DNA of 64,000 nucleotides from Octopus vulgaris (taxonomy: Eukaryota): contig OX597819.1 of the NCBI GenBank assembly GCA_951406725.2, positions 129,704,001 to 129,768,000 of the forward strand, read 5' to 3'. The notes beneath the pieces were generated by a model. It had not been told where the DNA came from and did not search any database. It worked only from the letters and a program-made list of their open reading frames with translations. The position numbers and the translations under genes are program-made. Below, in pieces: positions 1 to 14,586 of this stretch. Position 1 is the stretch's first letter, and every line of letters starts with the position of its first letter.

Positions 1-69
1 TGTGGCGAATTTAGAGAATGTAGGGGTATGTTTTCTTTTCGTAGCTTTTGACGATGTATAGTATCTTGG

Positions 70-190
70 TGGTGCTCATAGGTCGACAGTTTTCGAACAG
101 ACCTTAGATCAAAGTCACTCTAATCGGGTCAGTTACTGAGAGTGAAATTTGAGGGAGATTTAGTGGCTATATCTAACAGATCAAGGGACT
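70..190 (-). mobile_element. Old SINE-like repeat, family E (decayed)
   Basis: Reverse complement matches the motif GCTAGAAATAGC..AAATCTCCCTCAAAT and the GATC..AGGTCTG.TCGA..TAAAC tail seen at 47075, 48997 and 56675. Confidence 0.5.
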
Positions 191-507
191 AAACAGACTT
201 GCAGTGGCAGTGGTTGTTATGTGGAATAAAAAGTTATGTGGAAGTTAGTCACAAAGACGTTTATGAGCAAGTGTCTTCTGGTGCAGTACCGGGCAAATCA
301 ATGCTTTGTGAATGTAGTAGTCGGAAACTGTGTGGAAGACCGTCGTCGAAGACAGGTAAGGGAACAACAAGCAGGTGTATTAGTTTCACGCTCAGGAAGA
401 ATGGGAAAATGTTTGGCGTTTCAAGCTTTACGCTCTTCGACAGAAACGGTTGAGAAGAAAAAAAAATGGAGAGACGACGAAAAAAAAACGAGAGAAAATT
501 AGGTAGG

Positions 508-588
<81 letters not shown>

Positions 589-592
589 TATA

Positions 593-818
593 TAAACTAC
601 GAAATGGGACAAGAACGCAAAACATCCGGACAACCAGGTGATACAGAAAGGGACAACAAAACATCCAGATAGACAATACAAAGAAAACAAGGACGGACTG
701 AGGATAAAAAGTTTCGAATGACCCGTCCTTGTTTTTTTGTATCGTCTATCTGGATATTTTGTTGTCCCTTTCTGTATCACCTGGTTGTCCGGATGTTTTG
801 CGTTCTTGTCCCATTTCG

Positions 819-825
<7 letters not shown>
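593..825. mobile_element. Fold-back element (~104-bp arms, 26-nt loop) in (TA)n, probable Penelope-like terminus with inverted duplication
   Basis: 593-696 is the near-perfect reverse complement of 723-825, with (TA)n on both sides. Penelope assignment is inferred from architecture. Confidence 0.7.
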
Positions 826-858
<33 letters not shown>

Positions 859-918
859 AGCGGCGTACGTACACTTTGTTCTCTTATATACATACATACA
901 TACATACACACACACACA

Positions 919-990
<72 letters not shown>

Positions 991-994
<4 letters not shown>

Positions 995-1260
995 TTAGAG
1001 AATTGACCACTAAAAGTGAACAGCCTGTATGCTAGATATAGATGTGAAAATCGCCATTTTCCACGAAGAATGTGTTCTCAAGAAAAATTCATCACAATGG
1101 CGATTTTGACGTCTATATCTAGCATACAGGTTGTCCAGTTTTAGTGGTCAATTCTCTAAATTTGTATATAAAAAAAATTTTAATCTTCGGATTTTTAAAA
1201 AATATGATAGGCCACTGGTTGTAATTGATTAATATCAATTTCTACCCTTATTTAATTTTA
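991..1260. mobile_element. Second fold-back element (~77-bp arms, 991-1068 / 1097-1163) with unique extension to (TA)n
   Basis: AATTTAGAGAATTGACCACTAAAA...AAAATCGCCATT is inverted at AATGGCGATTTT...TTTTAGTGGTCAATTCTCTAAATT; flanked by (CA)n and (TA)n. Confidence 0.65.
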
Positions 1261-1279
1261 TATATATGTATATATATAT

Positions 1280-1837
1280 TTCCCATAATTCAGGCAAATT
1301 CCTCTCTGTGAACATATAGAAAAATGTGCAGGTAACATCAAACCACATTTTACAGTCTTCCCCTTCTACCAGTGCAAAGACACAATCTCTCCACTAGAAC
1401 GTTTAAATAAAGAAACATTTTTCATTGAAAAATACAGAACACGTCTTAATATGCACGCATAACCAACTTTTATCTTTTTGCATATTTCAATTCACGATTA
1501 CATCACTGTACATAAATACCCTCACTAAACAATTTTTTCGAAACCTTTTTTGTCTGTACATATGTATTTCCCTCCCATTACCGAAAGCTGAACAGTTATC
1601 TCCCATACCTACAACAATAACAATAAGGATAACCAATTACCTCCCCTTATTTCTCTACTTGTGAAGTCATTCGCTCGTAAATATCATCACACACAAAATG
1701 GACAAAATTTCTTCTTAAGAAAATATATATTCAAATAAATAAAATATAATATCATGAATAGCAATAGCGAAACCGGTCGATATATAAAAAATTATATTAA
1801 AACCATGTAAAGTGTGTGTATTTTCCTTTTTTAATTT

Positions 1838-1839
<2 letters not shown>
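1280..1839 (+). mobile_element. 5'-truncated Penelope-like retroelement: GIY-YIG endonuclease C-terminus, 3' UTR and hammerhead
   Basis: 1292-1462 translates RQIPLCEHIEKCAGNIKPHFTVFPFYQCKDTISPLERLNKETFFIEKYRTRLNMHA*, matching the H..C..F.IFPF..R..E..FI...LN end of PLE endonucleases. Bounded by (TA)n on both sides. Confidence 0.75.
1749..1783 (+). ncRNA. Minimal type-I hammerhead ribozyme motif (core decayed)
   Basis: ATATC (stem I) - ATGAATA (cf. CTGANGA, 2 changes) - GC AATA GC (stem II) - GAA - ACCGGT (palindromic stem III) - C | GATAT (stem I'). Predicted GUC cleavage after 1778. Confidence 0.7.
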
Positions 1840-1903
<64 letters not shown>

Positions 1904-2174
1904 TTTGTTGTGCAAGATTTTTTATGCGGTCACAGGAGTGTGACGAAAGAACTTTGGCCGAAAAAAAAAAAAAAAAAATAAATATCACTGAAGCAAAATA
2001 ACACCAAATATATAGTGCGTGTGTTTTTATTGGCTAAACTGGCAATATGACCATTCCGAAATATAACAATATATATATATATATATATATATAAGTGAAA
2101 GAATGGAGTCGAACCTCGATTTTAACAAAATTCCTTTATTCTCGACATATTCTCGACATATTCATTCACCTACT

Positions 2175-2211
<37 letters not shown>

Positions 2212-2615
2212 GTGTTATCGTACCGAACCGTTTCTGACGTCCTGCATGTTGATGTGCCTAGGTTCTATTGCATCCTTATGACTAGTTCACACACACACAC
2301 ACATATTTGATAACCGGTGAAGGTTTGTTTACGCCGCCATAACATAGCGGTTCAATCCCTGCCAAAGAACCTCCGCCAGAAAACGTACCAAACTTAAAAA
2401 TAAGTCTGCTTCTTGGTATAGGCTCCATTTAATCTCGGTCAAGTTTTGTCAAAGCATACTATATCGTAAAAGTAACAAAATGCAAGCAGGAAGGTCTACA
2501 CCTAATTTGGAGAGCACTTGACGAAGGTATTGAAATTTTGAGAATAATGTGCGATACATATTTTAGATACCAATAATCCTGGATAAAGCCTGATACGCGG
2601 ACTAGTACAGCATAA

Positions 2616-2836
2616 ATACTGGTTTCAAGTTTTGGCACAAGGTCAGCAATTTTGTGGGGAGAGAGGTAAGTCGATTACATCGACCTCCGTGGTAGACTGG
2701 TAATAGTTTGATCGACCCTGAAAGGATAAAAATCAGTGTCAACCTCGGCGGAACTTGAACTCAGATTGTAAAGACTGACGGAATGCCGTTAAGTGTTTTT
2801 GCCCAGCGTGCTAACGTTTCTGCCAGCTCACCGCCT
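2616..2836 (-). mobile_element. tRNA-headed SINE family A
   Basis: Reverse complement GGCGGTGAGCTGGCAGAAACGTTAGCACG..GAGTTCAAGTTCCGCCGAGG (A/B-box-like) plus central ATCCTTTCAGGGTCGAT domain; many copies in the window. Confidence 0.85.
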
Positions 2837-2847
2837 TAGTATAGTCA

Positions 2848-3063
2848 AATATTGGTTTCGAATTTTGGCACAAGACCAGCAGTTTTGAGGAAGAGGTGTA
2901 AGTCGATTACATCGACCCCAGTGCTCAACTGCTACTTTATTTTATCAACCCTGAAAGGATGATTGGCAAAGTCAACCACGGCGGAATACAGACCGTGAAG
3001 ACAGACGAAATGCCGCTAAGCATTTCGCCCGGCGTGCAAACGATTCTGCCTGTGTACTCCTTA
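2848..3063 (-). mobile_element. tRNA-headed SINE family A (adjacent second copy)
   Basis: Same sequence as 2616-2836, diverged. Confidence 0.85.
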
Positions 3064-3219
3064 AGTCGACATAAATATCAAATGCATTACTTAGAGATGT
3101 CTTCCAATCTCAAAACACATTTGTTAGAACTTCTTACGAATTGTGTTTGTAATGTGAAACACCATTTGAACAGTGCTGCATTCCCAACAAATTTCAAAAT
3201 CTACTCCAGTGTTGCTGCT

Positions 3220-3623
3220 TTTGTTTGTTTGTTTGTTTGTTGAGCGAAGCGGTCTTCGTCCCAGAGCTCGCAAGATCGCGCCTCTGTTGTGGGAGAAGTC
3301 TGAAACGTGGTCCTTTGCTATCCGTAAGACCCGCAGAAGAGAAAGCAAGTCAACCCCCGACACCGAGAGCATCGACGGATGGATGAATGAGCATCCAGGC
3401 TCAGCGGTTGCGTAGGAAGTCGGGGATAAGAAACAGGAAGAAAGAGTGAGAGAAAGTTGGAGCGAAAGAGTACAACAGGGGTCGCCACCACCCCTTGCCG
3501 GAGCCTCGTGGAGCTTTAGGTGTTTTCGCTCAATAAACACTTACAACGCCCGGTCTGGGAATCGAAACCGCGATCCTCCGACCGCGAGTCCGCTGCCCTA
3601 ACCACTGGGCCATTGCGCCTCCA
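3220..3623 (-). mobile_element. tRNA-derived SINE family C with (AAAC)n tail and target-site duplication
   Basis: Head GGAGGCGCAATGGCCCAGTGGTTAGGGCAGCGGACTCGCGGTC..GGTTTCGATTCCC; TSD CC(A/G)GTGTTGCTGCT at 3206-3219 and 3624-3637; homologous to 13238-13599. Confidence 0.9.
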
Positions 3624-3759
3624 CCGGTGTTGCTGCTGTGTTAATGATAACATTTTTATCCCCAGGTCAGCCCAGAGAGTATTCAAGTCGTTAGCATCCT
3701 GTTTTTTTTTTCTCAGACAGATTGTCTCTAAGTTTATGACAATATGTCTTTTCTTTAAG

Positions 3760-4030
3760 ATGTAAGAATGAAATATGAGGGAAATTTTGTCGCTATTCCA
3801 AATGGATCGAGCAACCACGAAGAGCCGTTATCATTGGCCCCGTTTCGTTGCTGTTGTAGTTATCGGCGTCCATGGAACGGTCTGAGACCGTCTAGTCTTT
3901 TAGGAAGAGGAGGAGGAGGTGCCTATGAACTACTTCACCGAATGTGTATTTCCAATTTCTTTTTGCAAGAAGGCAGGATTTAAATTTGAGGAGTATTTAG
4001 GTGCTATTTCTAGCAGATCAAACAACCATC
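3760..4030 (-). mobile_element. Two decayed family E fragments
   Basis: GTCGCTATTCCAAATGGATCGAGC (~3789) and GTGCTATTTCTAGCAGATC (4001) match the family E motif. Confidence 0.45.
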
Positions 4031-4044
4031 TATTTGATTCCTCT

Positions 4045-4480
4045 TCAGCTTGTGGCCCTGCTTCGTGCTTTCGGTGCACAAGACCTCTGCTTGCGAAGAC
4101 CTGTTGAGGCAAGAGAAATCGAAATCGATCAAAAATCAATGGAAATTGTAGTTGTGATACCAGTGCCGGTGGCACGTAAAAGAACCATCCGAACGTGGCC
4201 GTTGCCAGCGCCGCGTCGACCGGCCTCGGTGCTGATGGCGCGTAAAAAACACCAACCGATCGTGGCCGTTTGGTAGCCTCCTCTGGCCCCTGTGCCGGTG
4301 GCACGTAAAAAGCACCCACTACACTCACGGAATGGTTGGCGTTAGGAAGGACATCCAGCTGTAGAAACTCTGCCAGATCAGACTAGAGTCTGGTGCAGCC
4401 TCCTGGCTTCCAAGACCCCAGTCGAACTGTCCAACCCATGCTAGCATGGAAAGCAGACGTTAAACGATGATGATGATGTT
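4045..4480 (+). mobile_element. Retroposon 3' end (family F) with three internal GTGCCGGTGGCACGTAAAA repeats and (GAT)n tail
   Basis: Repeats at ~4163, ~4229, ~4292, followed by GGTTGGCGTTAGGAAGGACATCCAGCTGTAGAAAC..GACGTTAAACGATGATGATG; decayed homologue at 41895-42065. Confidence 0.75.
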
Positions 4481-4760
4481 GATGAGGAATAGTCCAACTC
4501 TTTATAGAAATACTACTTGGATAGCGACGATCACCTCACGACAAACTAGTAATGTGATCGAATATCAATCAAAAAAAGCTGAAAACTGTTCAATATATCT
4601 TCGGTCTGTTGAACTCAGTGACGTAGAGAGAAAAAAGCCAACTACTTTAATATTACCAATAGTACTAATAGTCAAGATACGGATAATAATGATACTAAGA
4701 ATACTAATAATAATATCAGGGCAACAAAAATTACAAAACAAAGTAAAAGCAGGTGTATAA

Positions 4761-6335
<1,575 letters not shown>

Positions 6336-6667
6336 TGTAGTTGGAGGAAGAGAGAGAGAGAGAGGAGGAGGAAGAAAGACAAAGAGAGAACTAGAGAGAA
6401 AGAGAGAGAGAGAGAGACAGAGAGACAGAGACAGTGAGAAAGAAGAAGAGCAGAATAATCGTCTGCTCTTTCTATTTCGATTTCTCTCCTTTACCAAAAG
6501 CAGACGATGAAATTTCTGCTTCAGTCAATTACCTCTTGTTATATATTTCACTTTTTACCTAATTTTAGACTAAAATCTCCTTTCAAATTACCGTTACCTG
6601 GTTTTATTTCAAGCTCTTCTTACCTTTATGTTCTCTTTTTCCATTTTTTTTCGGTTTTTCTTTGTTT

Positions 6668-6719
<52 letters not shown>

Positions 6720-7380
6720 TCCTTCTTTCTTTCCTTCTTTCTAATATTATATTCTGTCTTTGATTTTGTACGTTATTTGTTAAATTCTTTCTTCATTCTT
6801 TTCTACTTTCTTCCATTTAAAAAAAAGAAAATCTATCGTTTATTATTTTTCTTCTTTTTATCATCGTTTTTTAATTCTTATTTTATATTTGTATTAGACT
6901 CGGAGATTTTCTTTATTAAGATTCTGCTATTAATAATCTATATCTTTTACACTTGGCTGATTATTTTACATTTTAACTCATTTCAATTCCTCTTCCAAAA
7001 TATCTTTGGTCTTTTAATGTTTTTCGATATTTTTTCGGTTTTTATATTCTTCACTTCTTGCTTCATTTGTTGGCTTCTTGCGAACAACTGTAAAATTAGA
7101 GTTATTATTTTCTTTATTATATTGTCTGTAAACGTTCGTAGAGTGACGTAAGTTATACTGTACGGTCTAGAAAGAAAGAAAGAAAGAAAGAAAGAAGGAA
7201 AGTAACCGATCCCACCATATCTGTCTGTCTGTCTGTCTGTCTGTCAGTCTGTCTTTCTGTCTGTTTGTCTCTCTCTCTCTCTAGCTATCTCTTATAACCA
7301 CAAAACCACATACAGATTTTACAAACCTGTAAATTTTTTTTTATTTGTACCCATATGTAAATATATTTATTTACGTATGC

Positions 7381-7413
<33 letters not shown>

Positions 7414-7734
7414 TGTATGTATGTATGTATGTATGTATGCATGTGTGTGTATGTTTATCTCTCTCCCAATGTCTATGTATATATGTATATATGTATTTAT
7501 ATATATGCATATATGCATACATAAATCTATAAACTCTTATGTATATAAGCATGCATGCATATATATACATATGTATATAACTATGTATACACATATACTC
7601 ACGCGCAGACAGATACACACATATGCATGCGTATATAGGGCACTTTACAGATGCGAATATACAAGTACACATACAAGTTCACACGTACTCAAATGAATAA
7701 AATGCACACAGATACACGCACACAGACACACACA

Positions 7735-7785
<51 letters not shown>

Positions 7786-8300
7786 TCAGTTCGGAATCCT
7801 ACAGCCCGTTTAGAACAAGACCTACCCAAACTATCACCCCATGTACATGCACTTAAAATCCCAATCGCCTCCCGAGTTTCATAAACCAAATTCCTCGAGG
7901 ATGCAGCAGACGAATAATTGAGCTATTTTCGGACAAGCCAACTTTCTTTATAGGTGCAGTGTTCTATAATAAGGCATCAAAATTCCACCAATATCATGGA
8001 AGAATTCCATATGCTTGTAAATGACGAACAAACGTTCTAAAATAGAGAGAGACGTTATTTTGTGTAATCATTCGCTACTCGGTCGTTCTGTCCCTGCGTC
8101 TGCGGATAATCTGCGGCAAAGAGGATGTCTTTACATGCGGGATTGATGGGGATCGGTTGTAAGATCCACATATTCCCACGAAACTTTTTCTATCTTCTGC
8201 CTCGAGATGCCTCGAGGCTGATAGAAGAAGCCGACTCAACCCGCTCAGGGTGAATGTCGCCACAAGTACAAGTTTAAAAGGAGGAGTGTGAAATAGGAGT
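7786..8300 (-). pseudogene. Highly decayed Tc1/mariner-superfamily transposase remnant
   Basis: Minus-strand frames give RRLSADAGTERPS, NYSSAASSRNLVYE and HGVIVWVGLVLNGL in the order expected for HTH, NCRYW..NP and V.VW.G motifs; many stops and frameshifts. Confidence 0.3.
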
Positions 8301-8787
8301 AATAAGAAAGTTATTTTTAATCGACAATTTCTAAAATAAAAGTTACACGCTTTACTAATTATTCAACAGAAACATACTAAATGTTAGTTTTAGCTGCATT
8401 CCAATTACTGTTGACATGTGATGCAAACTTAAAGCAAAGATCTTACAGCCAAATGCTTATTGCAACGGATTAAAGTGAGAGTGGTGCAGGTATGACACTT
8501 CCTTCGAAGTAAGTGTTGCCACTTTAGCGACAAAATGACGAACCGAAGAAATAAAAGATTAACCTGCACAAATGATTTGTCATAGTATTCAAATGTTAGT
8601 GCTGTACATTAGCCTCACTTCTTCCATCAAACCGGCATTGTCTGTACAGGTGCACGGTGAACACACACTTCAGATGTCGAGATGATCGCAAAGCACATTG
8701 GATGATGTATCCTGCCCACCAGGTATCAAACCCATGATCTCGAGTGCAACTCCCTAACCATAAGGCCACGTAGACATACATATACAT

Positions 8788-9095
<308 letters not shown>

Positions 9096-9661
9096 ATTCG
9101 TACACACACATATGCACACGCATTCACATACATATAAATGAGTATTTTTAAGAAATTCAAATGCAAATGAAGTTATCAATAGATAAATATTATTCCATGA
9201 AATACATAAATACATAAAATACATCTCACATGAACAAAAGAAGTGGAATAAATCCACTCGAAAGCGTTGACAATACCGAGTATTCTCTTTTCCTCCTCTC
9301 TTCGAAAATTTACACATTACTATGACGTGTGCAATTTGAACAATCTATGTCAGTTTATAAAATAATTATGTTCACTTTCGTTTTACTTTTGGTAGAGCTG
9401 ACGTGTGTACACACACGCAAACAAATAGACAAACACCCCACACACACTCATGCACACACATTAATATATAGTGATAGAGTAGTGGGATCCGAAAAGATCT
9501 TGGTACAGGAAGCTGGTTAGCATTAAGCAGACCGGAGGAAAAGCTAAACGGTATTTTTCTATGTACTATGATTTACGTAAAACATGTTAAGTTTACCTTG
9601 GAAACAAATGTAGAGTTGATTTACCATTTCTATTCCTTACACTTTTCGATACACACACACA

Positions 9662-10060
<399 letters not shown>

Positions 10061-10464
10061 ATAAGGGTGTGTGTGTGTATGAGAGAGTATGTAGTGCGTA
10101 TGAGAGGTCTGGACGTGTGTATGTATGTATGTATGATGTGATGTGTAATGTCGTATGGTGTAGTGTAGAGAGAGGAGATGAGGGGGAGATGGGAGGAGGA
10201 GGGGAGGAGGGGGGAGGTAAGGGGGAGAGAGAGGAGGGGAGAAAAAAAATAAGCAACAAGAATAACTTCGGTAATTTGGTACGATCGTTTCACGCCACAT
10301 CATTTTATTAAATATTGTAAGTATTACAACAGTTTTAAAATGTTGAGCAATCATCAGCCATTTATAGAGGTTTTCCATTAATACATAATTTTCATATCAA
10401 TTGAGAACATTATAGAGAAGGTGGATATATAGACAAAGATGTCGATTTATATATATATATATGC

Positions 10465-10830
10465 GCATGGTCAAATAGTTAAGTTTGCAAGTCCGCCAGG
10501 CAATCACTAAGTTCTAAGTCAGCTGCCACCGTATGGCATCTTTTGCAATAGCCATTTACTATGGTCTCAGGTCAATCCAAGCCTTTTAAGTGAAACAGCT
10601 TAGGCGGGAACCGTGTGAAAGATGGTCAGATGAATGATAACCACAGGTACGTCTTGTCTTGATGAACATGTTAATTGATACATGTCCCTGTGAAATGTGG
10701 CCATGCTGGGACACTGCACTGAAGGGTTTTGTCGAAAATATTCAACCCTAATACTCATCTTTTAAAGTCTGGTATTTATTCTCCCAGTCTAATTTGATGG
10801 AACCGCTAAACTACGGGGTCGTAAACTGTA
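10465..10830. mobile_element. Decayed SINE family B fragments (head on +, tail on -)
   Basis: Weak colinear similarity to family B: GGCCATGCTGGGACACTGC, GAACCGCTAAACTACGGGGTCGTAAAC. Confidence 0.5.
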
Positions 10831-10839
10831 TATATATGA

Positions 10840-10897
<58 letters not shown>

Positions 10898-10911
10898 ATA
10901 TATATATATGC

Positions 10912-11033
<122 letters not shown>

Positions 11034-11451
11034 ATGTATGTATGTCTAGGTCAGCGATTAAATAAAGGGAAAACACCAAATATATACGAGCATTAAAATA
11101 CTAATTAAAGAATAGACAGGATAACAGGGGGTGGTGGAAATAAATGGTGACAAAAAGAAAGACAGAAAAAAAGAACAAAAACAAAATAGAGCAAACAAAA
11201 ACAAAAAACAGCATAGAAAACAAACAAACGGATTGAAAGAACTGATATTAACCAATGAATGAACGACAGTTATATGCAAAACTCGTGTCTTGGAGTGACA
11301 ATTCCGCTCGAGTAATCAGTCGTAGACAATACTGATGTTTATAGATATACAGTCATTTTGACACGATTATAAAACATTGTTGATTCTTGTATATTTGTTT
11401 GGAAACTACTTTGTAACAGTTGAGTTCAGTTGAGTTGCAACATATGGCTTG

Positions 11452-11535
<84 letters not shown>

Positions 11536-11584
11536 CAAGCAAAACCGCCACACATCGGTAGAGAAAAATATCAAAAAAAAAAAG

Positions 11585-11654
<70 letters not shown>

Positions 11655-11822
11655 ATCTATCTATCTGTCTGTCTCTCTGTATTCATGTATGTATGTATGT
11701 ATGTATGTATGTATGTATGTATGTATGTATGTATGTATGTATGTATGTATGTATATGTGTATGTATGTATATGTGTATGTATGTACGTAGGTATCTATCT
11801 ATCTACCTACCTACCTACCTAC

Positions 11823-11896
<74 letters not shown>

Positions 11897-12038
11897 GTTT
11901 GTCTATCTCTCTTCCTGTCTATCTGTATGTATGAATACTTATCTTCATACGCATGTGTATGAATGCATAAGACATTTTCCAGTACAAATGTAGGACTGAA
12001 AATTATAACCGATCTTCCGAAATGTATATAAAATATAC

Positions 12039-12170
12039 ACGAGGTGTGTTCCAAAACAAAGCGGACATTTTAAAAGGTAACAAATTGCATTATTTACATT
12101 TTAACCAGGTTTATCTCTTTCAAAATGGCTCCCTTCAATGTTGATACTCCGCCGATGGAATCGTTTAAAC
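12039..12170 (-). mobile_element. Mariner 3'-end fragment
   Basis: CGAGGTGTGTTCCAAAA TIR-like end; minus strand translates KRFHRRSINIEGSHFE, like the C-terminal C...EG.YFE of mariner transposases. Confidence 0.5.
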
Positions 12171-12713
12171 GGTGGACACAGTATCTTACAGGGTTTGTTT
12201 TGACTCTCTACATTCTGAGTTCAAATTCTACTGAATTCAAGTTCATCCTTAATGAATACAGGGTCGATAAAATAAGTACCAGTCAAGAACTAGTATCGAT
12301 AGTATCCATTAACAGACTCTCTTCAAAAGTGCTAATCTTGCGCCTAAATCAGAAAACATCCAATTGTTATGTAAAGAAAAAAAAAACTGTAGATGGTAAC
12401 AGGAAAAAATCCGCTCGGATAATCTATGCAAATCCAGTGGTAAAGATGAGGTACATGAATGCAGCCAGATCAGCCAATAAATTTCGATAATGAGTTATTG
12501 CATCAACTGTGCATCCCACTCATTAAATTTAGCTATTTTTATAAACATGCGGTTCATTGTGGATACTCGCTACTGATGATGTGGAAGTACGCAGAAATCC
12601 TGGGATCAAGCAATTGAACTGCTGCTGCTTGAGACTTTTCGTTTGCTGCTGATACTTTTGAACATTTTTAGTATCATACGTCTACATGAGAAGCTTTCTC
12701 AAGACGAATATAT

Positions 12714-12940
12714 GTTTCTTTATTACCCACAAGGGGCTAAACATAGAGGGGACAAACAAGGACAGACAAACGGATTAAGTCGATTACATCGACCCCAGTG
12801 ATTAACTGGCACTTAATTTATCGACCCCGAAAGGATGAAAGGCAAGCCGACCTCGGCGGAATTTGAACTCAGAACGTAGCGGCAGACGAAATACCGCTAA
12901 GCATTTCGCCCGGCATGATAACGTTTCTGCCAGCTCGCCG
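12714..12940 (-). mobile_element. SINE family A, young full-length copy
   Basis: Near-identical to 52992-53220 and to the units at 31820-32402. Confidence 0.9.
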
Positions 12941-13015
12941 CAGTATGTTGGCTTTCGTACAGCACATATCTACGTTGAGTAAGATATACAGATTGGTATT
13001 CCATCGCTAATAACG

Positions 13016-13074
<59 letters not shown>

Positions 13075-13237
13075 GCACGCGTGTGTGTGAGGTCGCTCTT
13101 GTCCTATCAGTAACACGTACTCTAGTACATCTATTTCATGGTCGGGTCGTCAGCGATTAAGTCGGCTACCATATTAAACACGCTTGGTGAGGAGTGTGAT
13201 TTTTAAACACCCCGCAGGATGGAAAACAAGCACCGTC

Positions 13238-13599
13238 GGTGGCGCAATGGCCCACTGGATAGCGCAGCGGACTCGCGGTTTCGATTCCCAGACCGGGCGT
13301 TGTGTGTGTTTATTGAGCGAAAACACCTAAAGCTCCACGAGGCTCCGGCAGAGAGTGGTGGTGACCCCTGTTGTACTCTTTCGCTCCAACTTTCTCTCAC
13401 TCTTTCTTCCTGTTTCTTGTCCGATTTCCTACGCAACCGCTGAGCCTGGATGCGCATTCATCCATCCGTCGATGCTCTCGGTGTCGGGGGTTGACCTGGT
13501 TTATCTTCTGCGGGTCTTACGAACAGCAAAGGACCACGTTTCGGACTTCTCCCATCTTGCGAGCTCTAGGACGAAGACCGCTTCGCTCAACAGCAACAG
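13238..13599 (+). mobile_element. SINE family C with 11-bp TSD
   Basis: tRNA-like head; TSD CAAGCACCGTC at 13227-13237 and 13600-13610. Confidence 0.9.
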
Positions 13600-13792
13600 C
13601 AAGCACCGTCAAAGGGCGAAGCAACACAGGAGAGTCACCAGCTATCCGGTATACCCAGGGGTAGATAATGCTCACCAGTCATTGTGAAAACAATCCGACT
13701 ACTTGCAACCAATTGATAATATTTTGTACAGAAATAATTATGACATGATGTTATCATTTCGTCTACGAACGACAGACAGATAATATATACAG

Positions 13793-13953
13793 TAGCAGGC
13801 GTGGCTATGTGGTAAAAAGCTTGCTTCATAACCACATAGTTCCGGGTTCAGTCCCTCTGCGTGGCACCTTGAGCAAGTATCTTCAACTATAGCCTCGGGG
13901 CCGATTAAAGCCTTGTGAGTGGATTTGGGAGACGGAAACTGAAAGAAACCAGT

Positions 13954-14020
<67 letters not shown>

Positions 14021-14575
14021 ATATATATTGTGTGGAAGCCCAATGGCCTAGTGATTAGGGCAGCGGACTCGCGGTCGTAGGCTCACGGTTTCGATTCCCA
14101 GACCGGGCGTTGAGAGTGTTTATTGAGCGAAAACACCTAAGGCTCTACGAGGCTCCGGCAGGGGGTGGTGGCGACCCCTGCTGTACTATTTCGCCACAAC
14201 TTTCTCTCCCTCTTTCTTCTGTTGGCCTATTCGCTTAGCCAGCGGGGTGGCGTCATTTGAAGGTTAAAACAATGCGAAGCACATTGTGACCAGCGATGTG
14301 TAGCAACCTCTGGTAGCCTGGTCGGTCACGGTGATCACGGTATATATATATTACATGTGTATATGTTTGTGTGTCTGTTTTTGTCTCCCACCCCCCACAT
14401 ATCACTTGAAAACTGATGGTGGGGTGTTTACGTCCCCATAACTTAACGGCTCGGCAAAAGGGAAATGATAGTCTAACTACTAGGCTTACAACGAATAAGG
14501 CATGGGGTTAATTTCTACGATTGAAAGTGGTGCTCCAGCATGGCCGCAGTCAAATGATTGAAACAAATAGAATAA
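13793..14575 (+). mobile_element. SINE family B (CORE-like), interrupted by a family C variant
   Basis: Head GCAGGCGTGGCTATGTGGTAA..GGGTTCAGTCCC, CCTTGAGCAAGT block, internal microsatellite, tail GCTCCAGCATGGCCGCAGTCAAATGA.TGAAACAA. Confidence 0.85.
14032..14341 (+). mobile_element. SINE family C variant (same head, different 3' half) nested in the internal microsatellite of family B
   Basis: Matches 13238-13410 for ~185 bp, then diverges and ends GGTCACGGTGATCACGG. Confidence 0.85.
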
Positions 14576-14586
14576 AATCATATATA

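Noticed and set aside
3550-3623. tRNA genes at SINE heads (also 13238, 14032, 38119)
   Set aside because: A/B-box-like heads continue into SINE bodies, some with TSDs; no proper acceptor stem.
6507-7151. 214-aa hydrophobic ORF
   Set aside because: T-rich low complexity with (CTTT)n; no domain features.
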